22,833 nt of DNA from Catajapyx aquilonaris (Eukaryota), in NCBI GenBank assembly GCA_000934665.2, contig JYFJ02001286.1:62001-84833 (forward strand). The letters run 5' to 3'. The notes under the pieces were generated by a model, which searched no databases, was not told the DNA's origin, and worked only from the letters and a program-made list of their open reading frames with translations. This document shows positions 10,301 through 21,536 of this stretch, in pieces. Every line of letters starts with the position of its first letter. Position 1 is the stretch's first letter. A program made the translations under genes and the position numbers.

Positions 10301-12105
10301 GGGAAAAAAACTCAGAATTTCATCCGGAAATGACCATTAATTCAACCGACGTTAAAAATTAGGCCGATCTGCATTGTACTTATACTGTATAATGGCAAAA
10401 AGAGCTCATTAGGTGTATCCCTAGGCAATCTTAATTTAAGAAACTCGATCGTTACACACGAGACTTTTGGCCCGGCAGATTCCTGGGAGACCGGAATTTT
10501 TCCGCTCATTACCGGGACGCGTTGAGGAGGAAAATCTGTCCAATTATACCCAACGATGGCAAGGCAAAAAGGGAAAGGACTCGAGCGGTAGAATTATGCT
10601 ATAGGGAGTAAAACGACCAAGGCTGGTGCGGATTACGATGGACATTATGGATGAAATGGAGTGTCCTCCCAGCTAGCCGCAGGTGGTCCTTTCCTTCCCT
10701 CCAGATAGATTTTCACATCTCTCACTTCTTGCCGAGTAGGTCATTTCTAACCTCCGCACTTGTCTGCATGCATATGGTCACGCTCCTTCGGGTCAAGATT
10801 TCAGGAACCAGCCTGTTGGTCAATTTCGTATTAATCTGAGAACTTTGCGCATGAAGCTGAAAATTATTTTTGACAATTATGATTTCTTACCTGGTGGCGA
10901 ATATGTACTAAATATTCCAGTGATTTTGGTAGCTAAGTCATTAAATGATCCTATGCATGAAAAAAAATATCAGAAGCTGAACAAGCGGTGACAACTTTAT
11001 GACCCACACTGGCGGAGAATCCACGTATAATATTCTCCAACACGTGCTGTTCATACATACATGATGCACGGCTAACTCATCTGTCGGCTCTTAATTTTCA
11101 TCACATAAGGATTCCTCGCGGATATGTGCTTTCAAGGAAATATGGCCGGGCATCCCCAACTCCCATTTGTTTACATGCATTTATGATGCAGTGTACGTAA
11201 TTCAGAATAATAGCCAAGCTTTTAATAACGCGTAGGGTACTTTAATATCGCGAATCGTGCCACACAAAGTGCCTTCTACTGAGTTATGGGCGTGCGGGCC
11301 GCATTCCCGCGATTAATACCACGGAATGCGCCAATTTTTGAACCCGCCAAAAGAGTTTTCCTGATCCAACCCCCCCGTTGTAGCCGGACCTAGTTGGCTC
11401 TCCAGAAAACTCGGGGGGAGAAAAAATGTCTGCAAAGTCTTGTGTTGACTTCGGGAATATTAGTCACCTAATGAAACTTTGGGGCTTTGTATGCAGTTGG
11501 GTCTCATCCGGTGAAAATCCTGCCTTCACTTCCTTCCCTTTCACCCCATCGACGTTTTTTTCCACGATGCCTGAATGGGTCCGGAGACTTCAAAGAGCCG
11601 TCGTGATCAATAGCCAGAGCTGACATAACTGTGCATCAAGTCGCTGCCTTCTTTTGACTTACAGATTGTAGCTAAGAGGCTAAGGCATGTATAGGCTCCG
11701 ATAAAGGAATCAAAGGAACGGCTTCTAAAGAAAATGTTTATCTGATAATCGGAGTGCAGTCTTTCATCCGGTGTAATAAATTATTAAGTACCTTATGGAT
11801 CAGGAGCTTTTTTTTAAAAAAAAAGGGAAGGTAAACTCAAGTTCAGCATTTTTTGGCTTCAGGCATAAAAGGAGGCTTTTACCTTAGTCAACTAAAATCA
11901 GTCAATTCCAATACTAAGCTCTAAAAATTGAGTATCATGGGCACAACTTGCTACTAGCAAAGCTGTAGCAAATTCTTTCAAGCGAAAACCAACCTTCCCT
12001 TTGTTTCTTGGTGCTGGCAACTTCCTCAACCACAGACTTTACGATTGCACATCCCAGTCTGTCTCAGTGGCATCCATCGATTGGATAGGCGCAATTCGCT
12101 CAAGA

Positions 12106-12300
12106 GTTTTTTTTTCCTTTCTTCCCCTCTATCCCCCTTCTTTTTTCCCTTCGACCCTCCTCCCACTCTGCCATACAAACCGAGGTCAAATTACTAAAGA
12201 AATCCTCCTTCGGCCTGGAAAGCTCTTTTCCCCCTCTCCCCCGCCCATCTTCACCCACAGTTTCTTTCCCCTCTTCCTTCTTTCCCACCATCTCTTCCTC
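12106..12300. repeat. Low-complexity pyrimidine-rich tract
   Basis: Runs of C/T on the + strand; explains the F/P/S-rich ORF 12001-12336 and the G/E/K/R-rich ORF 12100-12369. Confidence 0.65.
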
Positions 12301-15300
12301 GGGGCTGGCTATAACCCCGCTTGCCCCAAACACTAGAGAAGGGTGGATGGAGGAGATATGAGATCTCAAAATGCCCTGTTCCTTGTTTAATCGAATAATT
12401 GCGAGGTAAAAAGGTTCATCTCCTTTTCCGGCCGACTGCCGTAAATTATTTGCCAGGTTCAGAAGTTCTGACTTATGGAACGCACCTTGACGGGCGAGGC
12501 AGTTCCACTAACTTTAACAATTAATTAAAGTGTTAATGTAATATGCACAAAAATTTAAAGGAGGAACTAGTCTGACTCCTGAATCGTAGTTGGCTGGCTC
12601 ATAAGCCAAGGTGTGTTTGTTAGGCTCTAAACGCTTCATGTACTGTATTGAGTTAGGCCCACATAAGCTGGAAGAGCTAGTTGACCCACAGATAATGGAT
12701 GAATAACCCGCATTCATGCAGGAAACATGTTATAACATTGATTTAACTCTGAAAAATTAATTTTCAAAGGGTCCATAAAGTAAGCCCTGATTGATACTTT
12801 CACCTGTTATGATGCACTAGGGACCAATTTTGATTCTAATGGGGCCACTATTGACGCATTCCCGTGGTCACTTGGCACAGTAAACAGGTGGCCAATTGGA
12901 GGGCATTCCACAACGGCTTGTGGGGCTCGAGTACCCAAAATCATTTTCACCTTGTTTACGTCCCACATGCAAAACAAAAAAAATCATATATCCAGCACAA
13001 ACACTCCTTCGCCTTAATTTAATGATAAGCACATTTAAATAGCATACGTATGACGCAACAGTGCATCAAGTGTCCACCCCCATCCCCAAATGAGGCGTAA
13101 TCGGATAGATCATCCCAACTTGGGGATAACAAAACAGGACAGGCCCGGATAAGCTTAGTTCTCCGGGCGCGTAGTCAGGCTACGATACGTCCTCTTCTGC
13201 AAGCTGATAGCCATGCGTGATCAATTACCTGCCGCGCTCCGGTGCACACCTGGCCGACCGGATAATTCGGCCCGACCTCCGCGTTAGGCAATTATCTGCC
13301 GGACAAATCAGCGGCCCCACTTACACCTCACTCCCAGTTCCGTACTTACGTTACACTAAAAGCAACCATTGCAAACGGACCAAACATGTCAGTCCTATTC
13401 AAAGATGGAGGTCACCAGTCCTACTTAAAAGGTTGTCAACTTTAGTGTCATCCCTTGATACAAATAAGCCCCACTCACGTCGCTCACACATGAATAGGTT
13501 CCCCTCCACCCCAGCCAGTAAAGAACCCCCTACCCTCGTCGCAAAATCCGTTTTACTTCAACGCCGGGCCTGATTAGCATAATTCGCTTAGGATGATGTA
13601 TCCAATGACGTGATGGAGCGCGCTCCAGCCTTACGGTAAGGCAAAATGGCTAACGATGTTCTGCATTGCACGCTCTACACCATTGTGCTTGTCCGGTAAC
13701 AAGGGGGCTGTAAGATATCGTGATGTTACTTGTGGAGCCTATTAGTGTTTTAATGATGATTATATTCCCAGCCTGATGAACACGGGATTTGATGTAGTTT
13801 TATGCTCTGTACGTTCCTGTTAATTGGTTGTAGTGTAACAGGGCTAATTAATACACACGGATTTTACTATTTCCAAGTAAACAATCATGTTTATTGACGT
13901 TAATCTATTTAGCTTTTATCCGAACACTCAGTGATAACAGAAACAGTTGCAGCGTTTGAGAGCACACTGCTATTTTTGCATTATGGCAGTGGGTTGTGCA
14001 AATGATGACTGTATGACTGGAATTATTATTACATTGCGCCAGACTGCATGTAAAAATCAACAAGATCCGCCTAAACATTTTGACTAGTGTTAAAGGCTAT
14101 TTTAAAAACATTAAGGGCTACAAAACAGTGAATTAATGCTTAGTAATTTTTAAATCCTTTCTTCTTTCATTCCCTCATGTCACATATTGCACAGTATAGG
14201 CATACAATACTAAATTAGATTATTTTGTACCTTAGTGATTAAATACGATGCCAGTGCTTATTCGGGTAATTTTAATGAATCGAACCTGATTCCGTGTGGT
14301 AATCAACAATACAATAGCAGATGTGCCATGAAATGATTCTTGTTTATTTTTAATGTGTACGACTATACGGCAATGAAAACATGTAGTGATGCAAGAGTAA
14401 GCTGAATAAACAAATCTTTATGCAAATAGTCCAAGTGATGTAATGATGACAGTAAAACATGCAACGAGTATTGCGAAATAACTTGTTTTCGTCGACCCTT
14501 GACATTAGCCATTCGATCTCTCTGCGCCCAAAAAAAAGAGGGGCTTCTGGTTGCTACTATGTAGTCCCCAATTACCAAAGCAAGGCTTTTAACCGCCATT
14601 TGGGTGGTAAATGTTCTGGGAACTGAATTCAATTCTAGGTAAAGTGTAACTGGCCCGGTAAACAAACACCTAGCGGCTAAAAATATTTAAGTGACACAGG
14701 CAGTTCACCCACAGGAGGCTACTTACGCTGTTGTTTTCAAGTTTATGAAACTCAAGCATTGACAGGTTGCAGTGAGGTGTCTGCGTTGCATAGTTGAAAA
14801 AAAAAGTTGAAAAAAGATGAAATTATTTAGTAATAACTTTTAATAAAGATTTATATTTTCTTTAATAATTTTATTGCTTTTAGTACAGTACAAGAGTTCC
14901 AATTCACTATTATTGAGTGCTTGTCATGGCAGAGTATGGCTTATTATATTATACGAGTATGTGGTGTAAAAACTTTTGATTGCTGCTACAAAAATGATGT
15001 GAATGTACTTAAATAAGAACAGGAGGGTTTAATTTTACGATGACTTCCTTACGTTTGGAATATTTATAATTAACAACAATGCAATTATTGTAATATGCGG
15101 TATGGCAAAAGACAAGGGGATAAAGAAATAGAGGATTTCCGTACCATAATGCATGGTCAAATAATAAAAAATAATAAGCTAATATGTCTTACGGAACAAT
15201 GATTCACATATGGAGCCTTGTAACAGCTTTTGAATGCTCAGAAGGGGCAACATATAGAGCACGTTACTAATAAAAGTAAGTCATACTAGTACTAGCATGA

Positions 15301-16916
15301 ACTTACGAGATGCAGTTAATGTTATACAGTATGTCGTAACTTTTCTGCATTTTTGTCAATGATATAAACTGAATGGGCCGTGTTATAATTGATTTCAAGC
15401 AAGAAATTTTTGAAGTCCCTACTTTACCCGAAATTGATGTGTCCAAGGGGAGTTCAATTTTTCTATGCCCTCAGGCAAAACATCCGAACACGAGCATATA
15501 AACTTGCTGTAATTGAAGGATAGGAATATCTCGACCGCTGCCTATATCCCGCACCAAAATGGGATATTTCAGTATTTAGCATTTCAGCATGTCAAGGACA
15601 TGATCCATGACACAGCATGATTGCGGTGAACTTCCCTTCTGGTTTTACACTCTCCCCCCCCCCCTCCCACCCCCCACGATTGTTTGGAGAGTAGCTAAGA
15701 CTAAACGTAAAAGAGATGCATTGTCATCAAAGCAGACTGTGATTTTGTTAGCATAATATTTCTGTCTAATTATATTCAGGTAGGGACAGAATGGCTCATC
15801 TGACAATCTGGCTATTCAAAAGGCCATAACGTGACAGCTGCAAATGAAGGGTTTAGAGAAAAGTCCCCAAAGACCTGGATTTTAGTTCTTGAAAAGTATA
15901 ATATTGTATGATACGTACATATGTTGACCTACTTTTTAAAGGCTAGGCATGTTACACTATATTCTCCAAACCTATCCAAATGAGACCTAAATTAACCACT
16001 ACTCGTCACTTTGACAAGGGAGAATTGCAGGGTAAAGCCAGCTTCGGTTTGAGGTCGCAATATTTGAAGGTCTATAATGGCGACTGAATCTGACTTTGCT
16101 AATAATACAGTAGTGTGTTATTGGTAAGTTATATCTGACACCCTTCTTATAGTGAAGAGATAACAGTGGCTTTCATATTCGTCACCAACCAGTTTTGGGA
16201 GAAACTGATCTGTAGAAATCAAAACTCCTATTGGATGATTATTGCATTATGCTCTCAGCAGTAGGCCTACTACTACGTTTTAGATATCACGACCGTAAGA
16301 AGACCTTCAGCTGTAATATTGTCAGATTTTCCAAAAGTGAGCGTCTTGCCGTCTTATACCCGATAAGATTTCTTTACGATAATTTTGTGGAGTAACCGTT
16401 GAAAACGCAATATCTCTATCATATTATGTTCTTGAGTCCAATATTGTACAGTACGTATTGATTGGTAGCTCCTATTTTGTGCTTAACGCCTCAAACAATA
16501 CGAGTACTAGCCATAATATTATACAGGTACTACTACTTTCATCATGTTGATACAAGGACTGAAAGAGAAATCATATAAGCACCCTGGTGGGATTTATGGT
16601 TCTATAAGTGGCTTCAAGATAAACATTTGGCATTATAAGTAGGCTATATGGATTGTGCTGCTGAGCCTGGAAGTAAAAGGGGAATCATCATTCCCTCTTC
16701 CCCCAGGCCCTATAAGATGATGGAATAGCTATATCGTTCATTCAAGCTTAACTTCTCCCTCTCTTCTTAAAAGAAGGAAAATTCATAGTAAGTCTATAGA
16801 TGGAAATGGTGACATATACAGAAAACCAAGTTAATCAATATTGAGTCACACTAATTTCTTCGTCCGATGACACAGGAATGTATTTTGCACTAAAAATGTT
16901 TCTTTTCATACGTTCA

Positions 16917-17740
16917 CTAGCAGAAAGCATGTTCTTCGCAAGGCCTGTTACCATGGCACCATTAATATTGTTGAATGTCATTGTTGCCATGGGACCGTGT
17001 GGACCAGCCCCCGGACACTACCTCTACGTTCTGATCTTATCGCCTGCCGGGGTGTTTTGCAGGAGGTGATCACCTGAGAGCGCCATGAGACCTTTCACTG
17101 CACTGTTATGTGGCGACCCTACCGGACTACGCTGAACTGTATAGGTACAAAAGGGAAGCGCTACATTGGGAGACCCAACATGGTCGCCTGCGGCCATTTT
17201 GGGCCCGCATGTAGCGCTTCCCTTTTGTACCTATAAAGTTCAGCGTAGTCCGGTAGGGTCGCCACTTACCTGGGAATTGAAAGGTCTCATGGCGCTCTCA
17301 AGTGAGCACCTTCTGCAAAATGCCCCGGCAGGGGGTAGGTGGGAGTGACCAGACCTGAGCATTCTAAGATAATGTACAAAAGGGAAGTGCTACATTTAGG
17401 CTCAACATGGCCGCCGGCGACCATGTTGGGTCCCCCAATGTAGCGCTTCCCTTTTGTACCTATAAAGTTCAGTGTAGTCCGGTAGGGTCGCCACTTACCT
17501 GGGAAATGAAAGGTCTCATGGCGCTCTCAGGTGAGCACCTCCTCCAAAACTCCCCGGCAGGGGGTAGGTGGGAGTGATCAGACCTTAGTATTCTATGACC
17601 ATGGTGTGGACGTTACTATGGAAACGTAATCATTGCAATCAAGGAAATCTGTTGCCATGGTGACCCCGGAAATGGTCTGGAACGGGTCCGGAATTATTGA
17701 AATTGGACAAACAAAAACTTTGCTTTTTATACTATACAGA
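16917..17740 (-). mobile_element. Non-autonomous Helitron
   Basis: Minus strand begins A|TCTGTATAGTATAAAAAGCAAAGTTTTTGTTTGTCC (5'-TC) and ends GCTTTCTGCTAG|T (3'-CTAG), inserted between A and T with no TSD. A degenerate subterminal hairpin lies at ~16928-16946. The interior is built from inverted and direct repeats. Confidence 0.75.
17043..17595. repeat. Palindrome plus 229-bp-period duplication inside the Helitron
   Basis: Arms 17043-17166 / 17209-17332; direct copy 17209-17366 = 17438-17595; second hairpin 17373-17395 / 17438-17459. Confidence 0.95.
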
Positions 17741-17946
17741 TGCCTATCAGATTCTGTATGTTACAATGGCTGTAGAGTACAATTATGTAGGCCTATACAT
17801 AAGGCTGACATGTAACAATATGCATTTTTTGCATCTTTCAATTGCATCTGGCTGCCTGTGAACGGGCATATATTATTAATTAGTGCACCTCACGTACAAC
17901 TTGATACCGATTTATGGAATCACTCAAGCTTGTAACACTGAAGGTT

Positions 17947-18082
17947 AAGGGGTTAACCACTTCAGTACTCCAGCGTATATCTCAGTGGTACTCCCAGGTA
18001 CTCCTTAGGTATACCTTACTCTTTGGTACTCCTTGATTTTGGTACTCCAGTGTACACTTTACAGTCGAGTGGTTAACCCCTT
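17947..18082. mobile_element. Small MITE with TTAA-containing TIRs (piggyBac- or Kolobok-like, unresolved)
   Basis: Perfect 15-bp IR AAGGGGTTAACCACT (17947-17961) / AGTGGTTAACCCCTT (18068-18082). Five internal GTACTCC motifs. Confidence 0.6.
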
Positions 18083-19937
18083 GCTGAATGTTTTCCCTCT
18101 AATTAGGTTTTGGAGGCACTCTACTAATACTGTACCGGCAATGCAGCATTTTCAAGATGGATGATGTACAAATTATGCAGATGATCTTAACCTCGACAAT
18201 AATGGGATTGAAAACCGCTTTTGTGTCACCTTTAAGGTTGACGTAGGAGAGGCCATAAAAGCTAATATGTAAATAAATCGAGCAAAGAATGGGGCCTGGG
18301 GTTATCCAGTGCAATTATTTGTACAGTAACATGGGGTATCATACGACTATCCAATGATGAGGACAAACGTTACCCATATTGTATAACACAATCATTATGT
18401 GCACGGCGAAGGGGTTGTCGAAGAGGTAGAAAATAATGGTGACATACTTATGGATGGCTCCACAGGGTACAGTAAGCAGTTTTTGAAGAAAATGGCTGCA
18501 GAGATGGGCGAGGGGATTGTAACTAAAAATGCTCTGTATAAGCGAGCATTTGTAGGTCTATGCCGGTCAGGTCCTCCCGTGTTCAATACTCACAATAGTG
18601 TTTTACAACTCATGGTGGTCGTATCTTCAACTTGCAGGCACAGGTCGCAGAATTTTGTTCGTGAATTTCATTACCCCTGCCTTCCCGCGAGAGGCGGGAC
18701 GTGAAAGGATAATTACACGTACCGTAATCGCGTCGTGCGTATACGTTTCATTAAATATATAGGGACTTCTAATAATCATTAGCAGGTTACCTGCAGTGTG
18801 TATGTGAGGCTGGATATGGAGGGGAAGAACGTAACAATTCTCCTCCTCCTGCATCCTCTTATTGTTTATAGTTTGGCATGGGCAAAAAATATTATTTTGA
18901 CATTCTCGACCTCATTCATAAAGATATGCAAAAGGCCAATTTCCAAGCTCCATCTGATAGTCAGGAGTAAAACAATAGTTGGAGACTTCTCCGTATGCAA
19001 ACACTCGGGAAAAAGTTGATCTGGGTCGAATCCTAATTATGCCGAGGGATGAGCCTCATAAAAGCCCTTATGGCCACATTCGGATGGTGGATGGGCGGGA
19101 ATTAAAAGAAATCTTGGAATACCTTAGTGGCGCAATCAGGCAGGAATGACAGCTGCAACATGACGTCGGACGATTGGAGTCTGTCGCAATTGCCGGCAAG
19201 GACGCTCTGGCTTCATTTGTGTCAAGTGGGGATCAGCTTTTACTGCCCAGACTGGGTTGGGCTGAGTGAACCGCAGGGACTCCGGGAAAACCTACTCTAC
19301 CAATGTTTTTATTCCGGATGTTAAACCAGAGTCGATTGCGAACACATCCCTCAGGCTGGCATAACCAAAATTCGTATGGCACTATTGTCATGACTGTAGA
19401 CCATATCATTTTAATTGAGTGATTGGATATTCTTATGACTTATCAACTGATGTTGAGGGGTGAATCACCACAATATTTGGAACCAGTACTGAGGAATAAT
19501 TCAGTCTAACTAGTTTTCCGTTTAAATATCCCCAGCTGATGCGGTAACAGCCGCCACAGTTTAAGGAAGAAAATATTTTAATATTTCATTATGTATGTAA
19601 TCCCTCCAGATGCGAGTATATGGTAAAAGGTTACACTGTATAGGTGTCACAGTAAGGCCGGTGTTCCGAGGTGGCTGCAAGGCCATCGAGGCAGGTGCAG
19701 ACCACAACAGTGGTTTATTTAAACCTTATTACATTTATGTAGCGAGCAGCCGGACTGGAACCGTTCCTGTAGTGTCGGGTCCGAGTCCACCTTCGGGATG
19801 ACCCCCGTGTTCCCGTTGTTTGTGCCTAAAATGAAATTAAGGAGGGTTAGGCAGGTTAGGAGTCGTGTGTTGGGAGGATTTTGAGGACATTAGGCTAGGT
19901 AGCTGAGCTACAGTTAGTCACCTTTAGAATCTGAATT

Positions 19938-20573
19938 GAACCATGGAAAACAAAACCGAGCTAACTCCATGAGGGAAAAAAGGACTTGTGCACTTCTTGC
20001 ACTGACCCCTCGGAAAGCATAGAAGGGACCATCACACATGGATGGAATTTTCAGAGCAGTTGTAGCCGGAGATTCAACACCCATCCACGTTGAAACGATA
20101 CTTGTCGGATATGTAGGTATTGCACAGCACACGTTTGTAGTGACCCCCTCCCCACGAAGCTCTCTTGGAGTTGTTTCGGTTTTCTCTTCCAAGAGCGTGT
20201 GGAATACAAAAGTAAGCTAACTCCAATGGATTTCGAGGGGAGTTGTTTCGGTTTTCTCTTCCAAGAGAGTGTGGAATACAAGCTTACTTTTGCTTACTTT
20301 TGTATTCCACAGGCTCTTGGAAGAGACAACCGAAACAACTCCAAGAGGGCTTCGTGGGGAGGGGGTCACTACAAACGTGTGCTATGCAGTACCTACATGT
20401 CCGACACGTTTCAACGTGGATGGGTGTTGAATCGCCGGCTGCAACTGCCCTGAAAATTCTATGAATGTGTGATGGTCCCTTCTGTGCTTTCCGAAGGGTC
20501 AGTGCAAGATGTGCACAAGTCCTTCCCCCCCCCCCCCTCACTGGAGTTAGCTCGGTTTTGTTTTACATGGTTC
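19938..20573. mobile_element. Foldback / long-palindrome non-autonomous DNA transposon
   Basis: ~280-bp inverted arms (19938-20217 / 20292-20573) of high identity, flanked by AATT on both sides (19934-19937, 20574-20577). The mirror-image ORFs in the track come from this palindrome. Confidence 0.85.
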
Positions 20574-20789
20574 AATTAACCATTTGTCTCCCGCTCGATT
20601 ATGCACTGTTCGGATGGGGGTTTAAAAAGACCGCCCCAGGTGAAAATCACTGGATCTGGCACCATTGGTTTCTCTCTCGATTCATACAGAAGAGGGGGCT
20701 GAACATTGCGAGACATACCAATCTACGCTGCATATCGAGAGAGGGCAGCAAGCCAGCAACCATCAGCAACCGCCTCATACACTATGCAC

Positions 20790-21056
20790 AAGACAGTGAC
20801 GTCATCCTATTGCGTCATCTACGCGGTTTTTTAAAGTCGGCTACGGTATATAGTTGCCCAGTCTCTCTGATGAATTACGCAAACATTAAGTGTCCGTTAA
20901 AATTTTTTAAAGGTCCGGTTTAAAAGGAAGTAATGTGATCCGCCAGGTGCCAAAAAAAAAAAAAACGGCTCAAGTGGCTAGAGGGAAACGCCCAGAGCTC
21001 GGAGCAGTCCGCCCGGCCAATTAGGAGCGAGGACATTCTTGACAACCAAAATGGCG
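20790..21056. promoter_or_regulatory. CpG-rich housekeeping-type promoter
   Basis: Full CRE TGACGTCA 20797-20804 and half-site TGCGTCA 20811-20817; ETS GGAAGT 20926-20931; GGCCAATTAG CCAAT box (core 21017-21021); YY1-like CAAAATGGCG 21047-21056. Confidence 0.6.
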
Positions 21057-21111
21057 TCGGGGAAGTTCGCCTACCCTTCACAGATCGTTCTCATTTTTTC
21101 CCCGGCGAAAA
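21051..21111 (+). CDS. Probable first exon of an unidentified gene (MASGKFAYPSQIVLIFSPAK-)
   Basis: CAAAATGG Kozak context directly downstream of the promoter motifs and a consensus donor GTAAGT at 21112-21117. It could instead be a non-coding 5'UTR exon; no downstream exon was found in the window. Confidence 0.45.
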
Positions 21112-21536
21112 GTAAGTCGCGGAATTTCGTGAATTTTTTAAATGGTTTTCAGCTGCACGTCCACATACAGGGAAATATGCGGCAGGGAGCTGCGTGTATT
21201 TAAATAGGTGCAGTAGGTGTTTGTTTCGGGTTGTTTTAAATGAATTAAACCTTTGGCCTATGACGTCGTGCCATTAAAAATATCACGCGAGTGGCGTGAA
21301 TACTCATGAACATAGAAACTATGAACATTTGTTAAGGCTAGGGTGAAAGACATTTCCGTCGGGGTTATAACAGTGAATTTAAACAAATATTTTGTTTGGT
21401 TGTATTATATTACAACCAAATCGTCCGCGGGAGACAAAGGGTACACAGTTCGTTATCCAGGAAAATAGTGGCAGGGAATTCCCATTCTTCCGGATCTGAT
21501 CTTGATAAAGCTTTTCTTTAAGCCCATACTTAAAGA

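Noticed and set aside
12897..12910. 14-bp identity (TGGAGGGCATTCCA) with Robo exon 1185-1198
   Set aside because: About one 14-mer match is expected by chance in a window this size, and it does not extend.
13773..13779. CTGATGA hammerhead core or snoRNA box (also at 20867-20873)
   Set aside because: No stem II followed by GAAA and no flanking helices could be built.
7376..16900. Intergenic ORFs (for example 7376-7630, 9699-10010, 13217-13573, 14363-14665)
   Set aside because: They are short, mostly start at non-ATG codons, and show no domain similarity or exon-like boundaries.
18174..18185. YADD reverse-transcriptase motif in a + strand frame
   Set aside because: An in-frame stop lies four codons upstream and there is no upstream PQG-type motif or other RT context; likely chance.
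18399..19019. ORFs 18399-18704, 18627-18854 and 18798-19019 with scattered minus-strand splice-like sites
   Set aside because: No recognisable domain in any frame and no consistent exon chain. A decayed gene cannot be excluded without BLASTX.
19845..19860. Arthropod telomeric TTAGG repeats
   Set aside because: Only two interrupted units; better explained as CCTAAC branch-point-like motifs on the minus strand or as chance.
19914..20923. Cluster of overlapping ORFs on both strands
   Set aside because: These are mirror-image translations of the foldback palindrome and promoter sequence, with no protein features.
21051..21111. Phosphomevalonate kinase N-terminus (IVLIFS resembles LVLLFSGKRKSGKD)
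   Set aside because: The P-loop GKRKSGKD is absent (PAK follows instead), so the gene is left unnamed.
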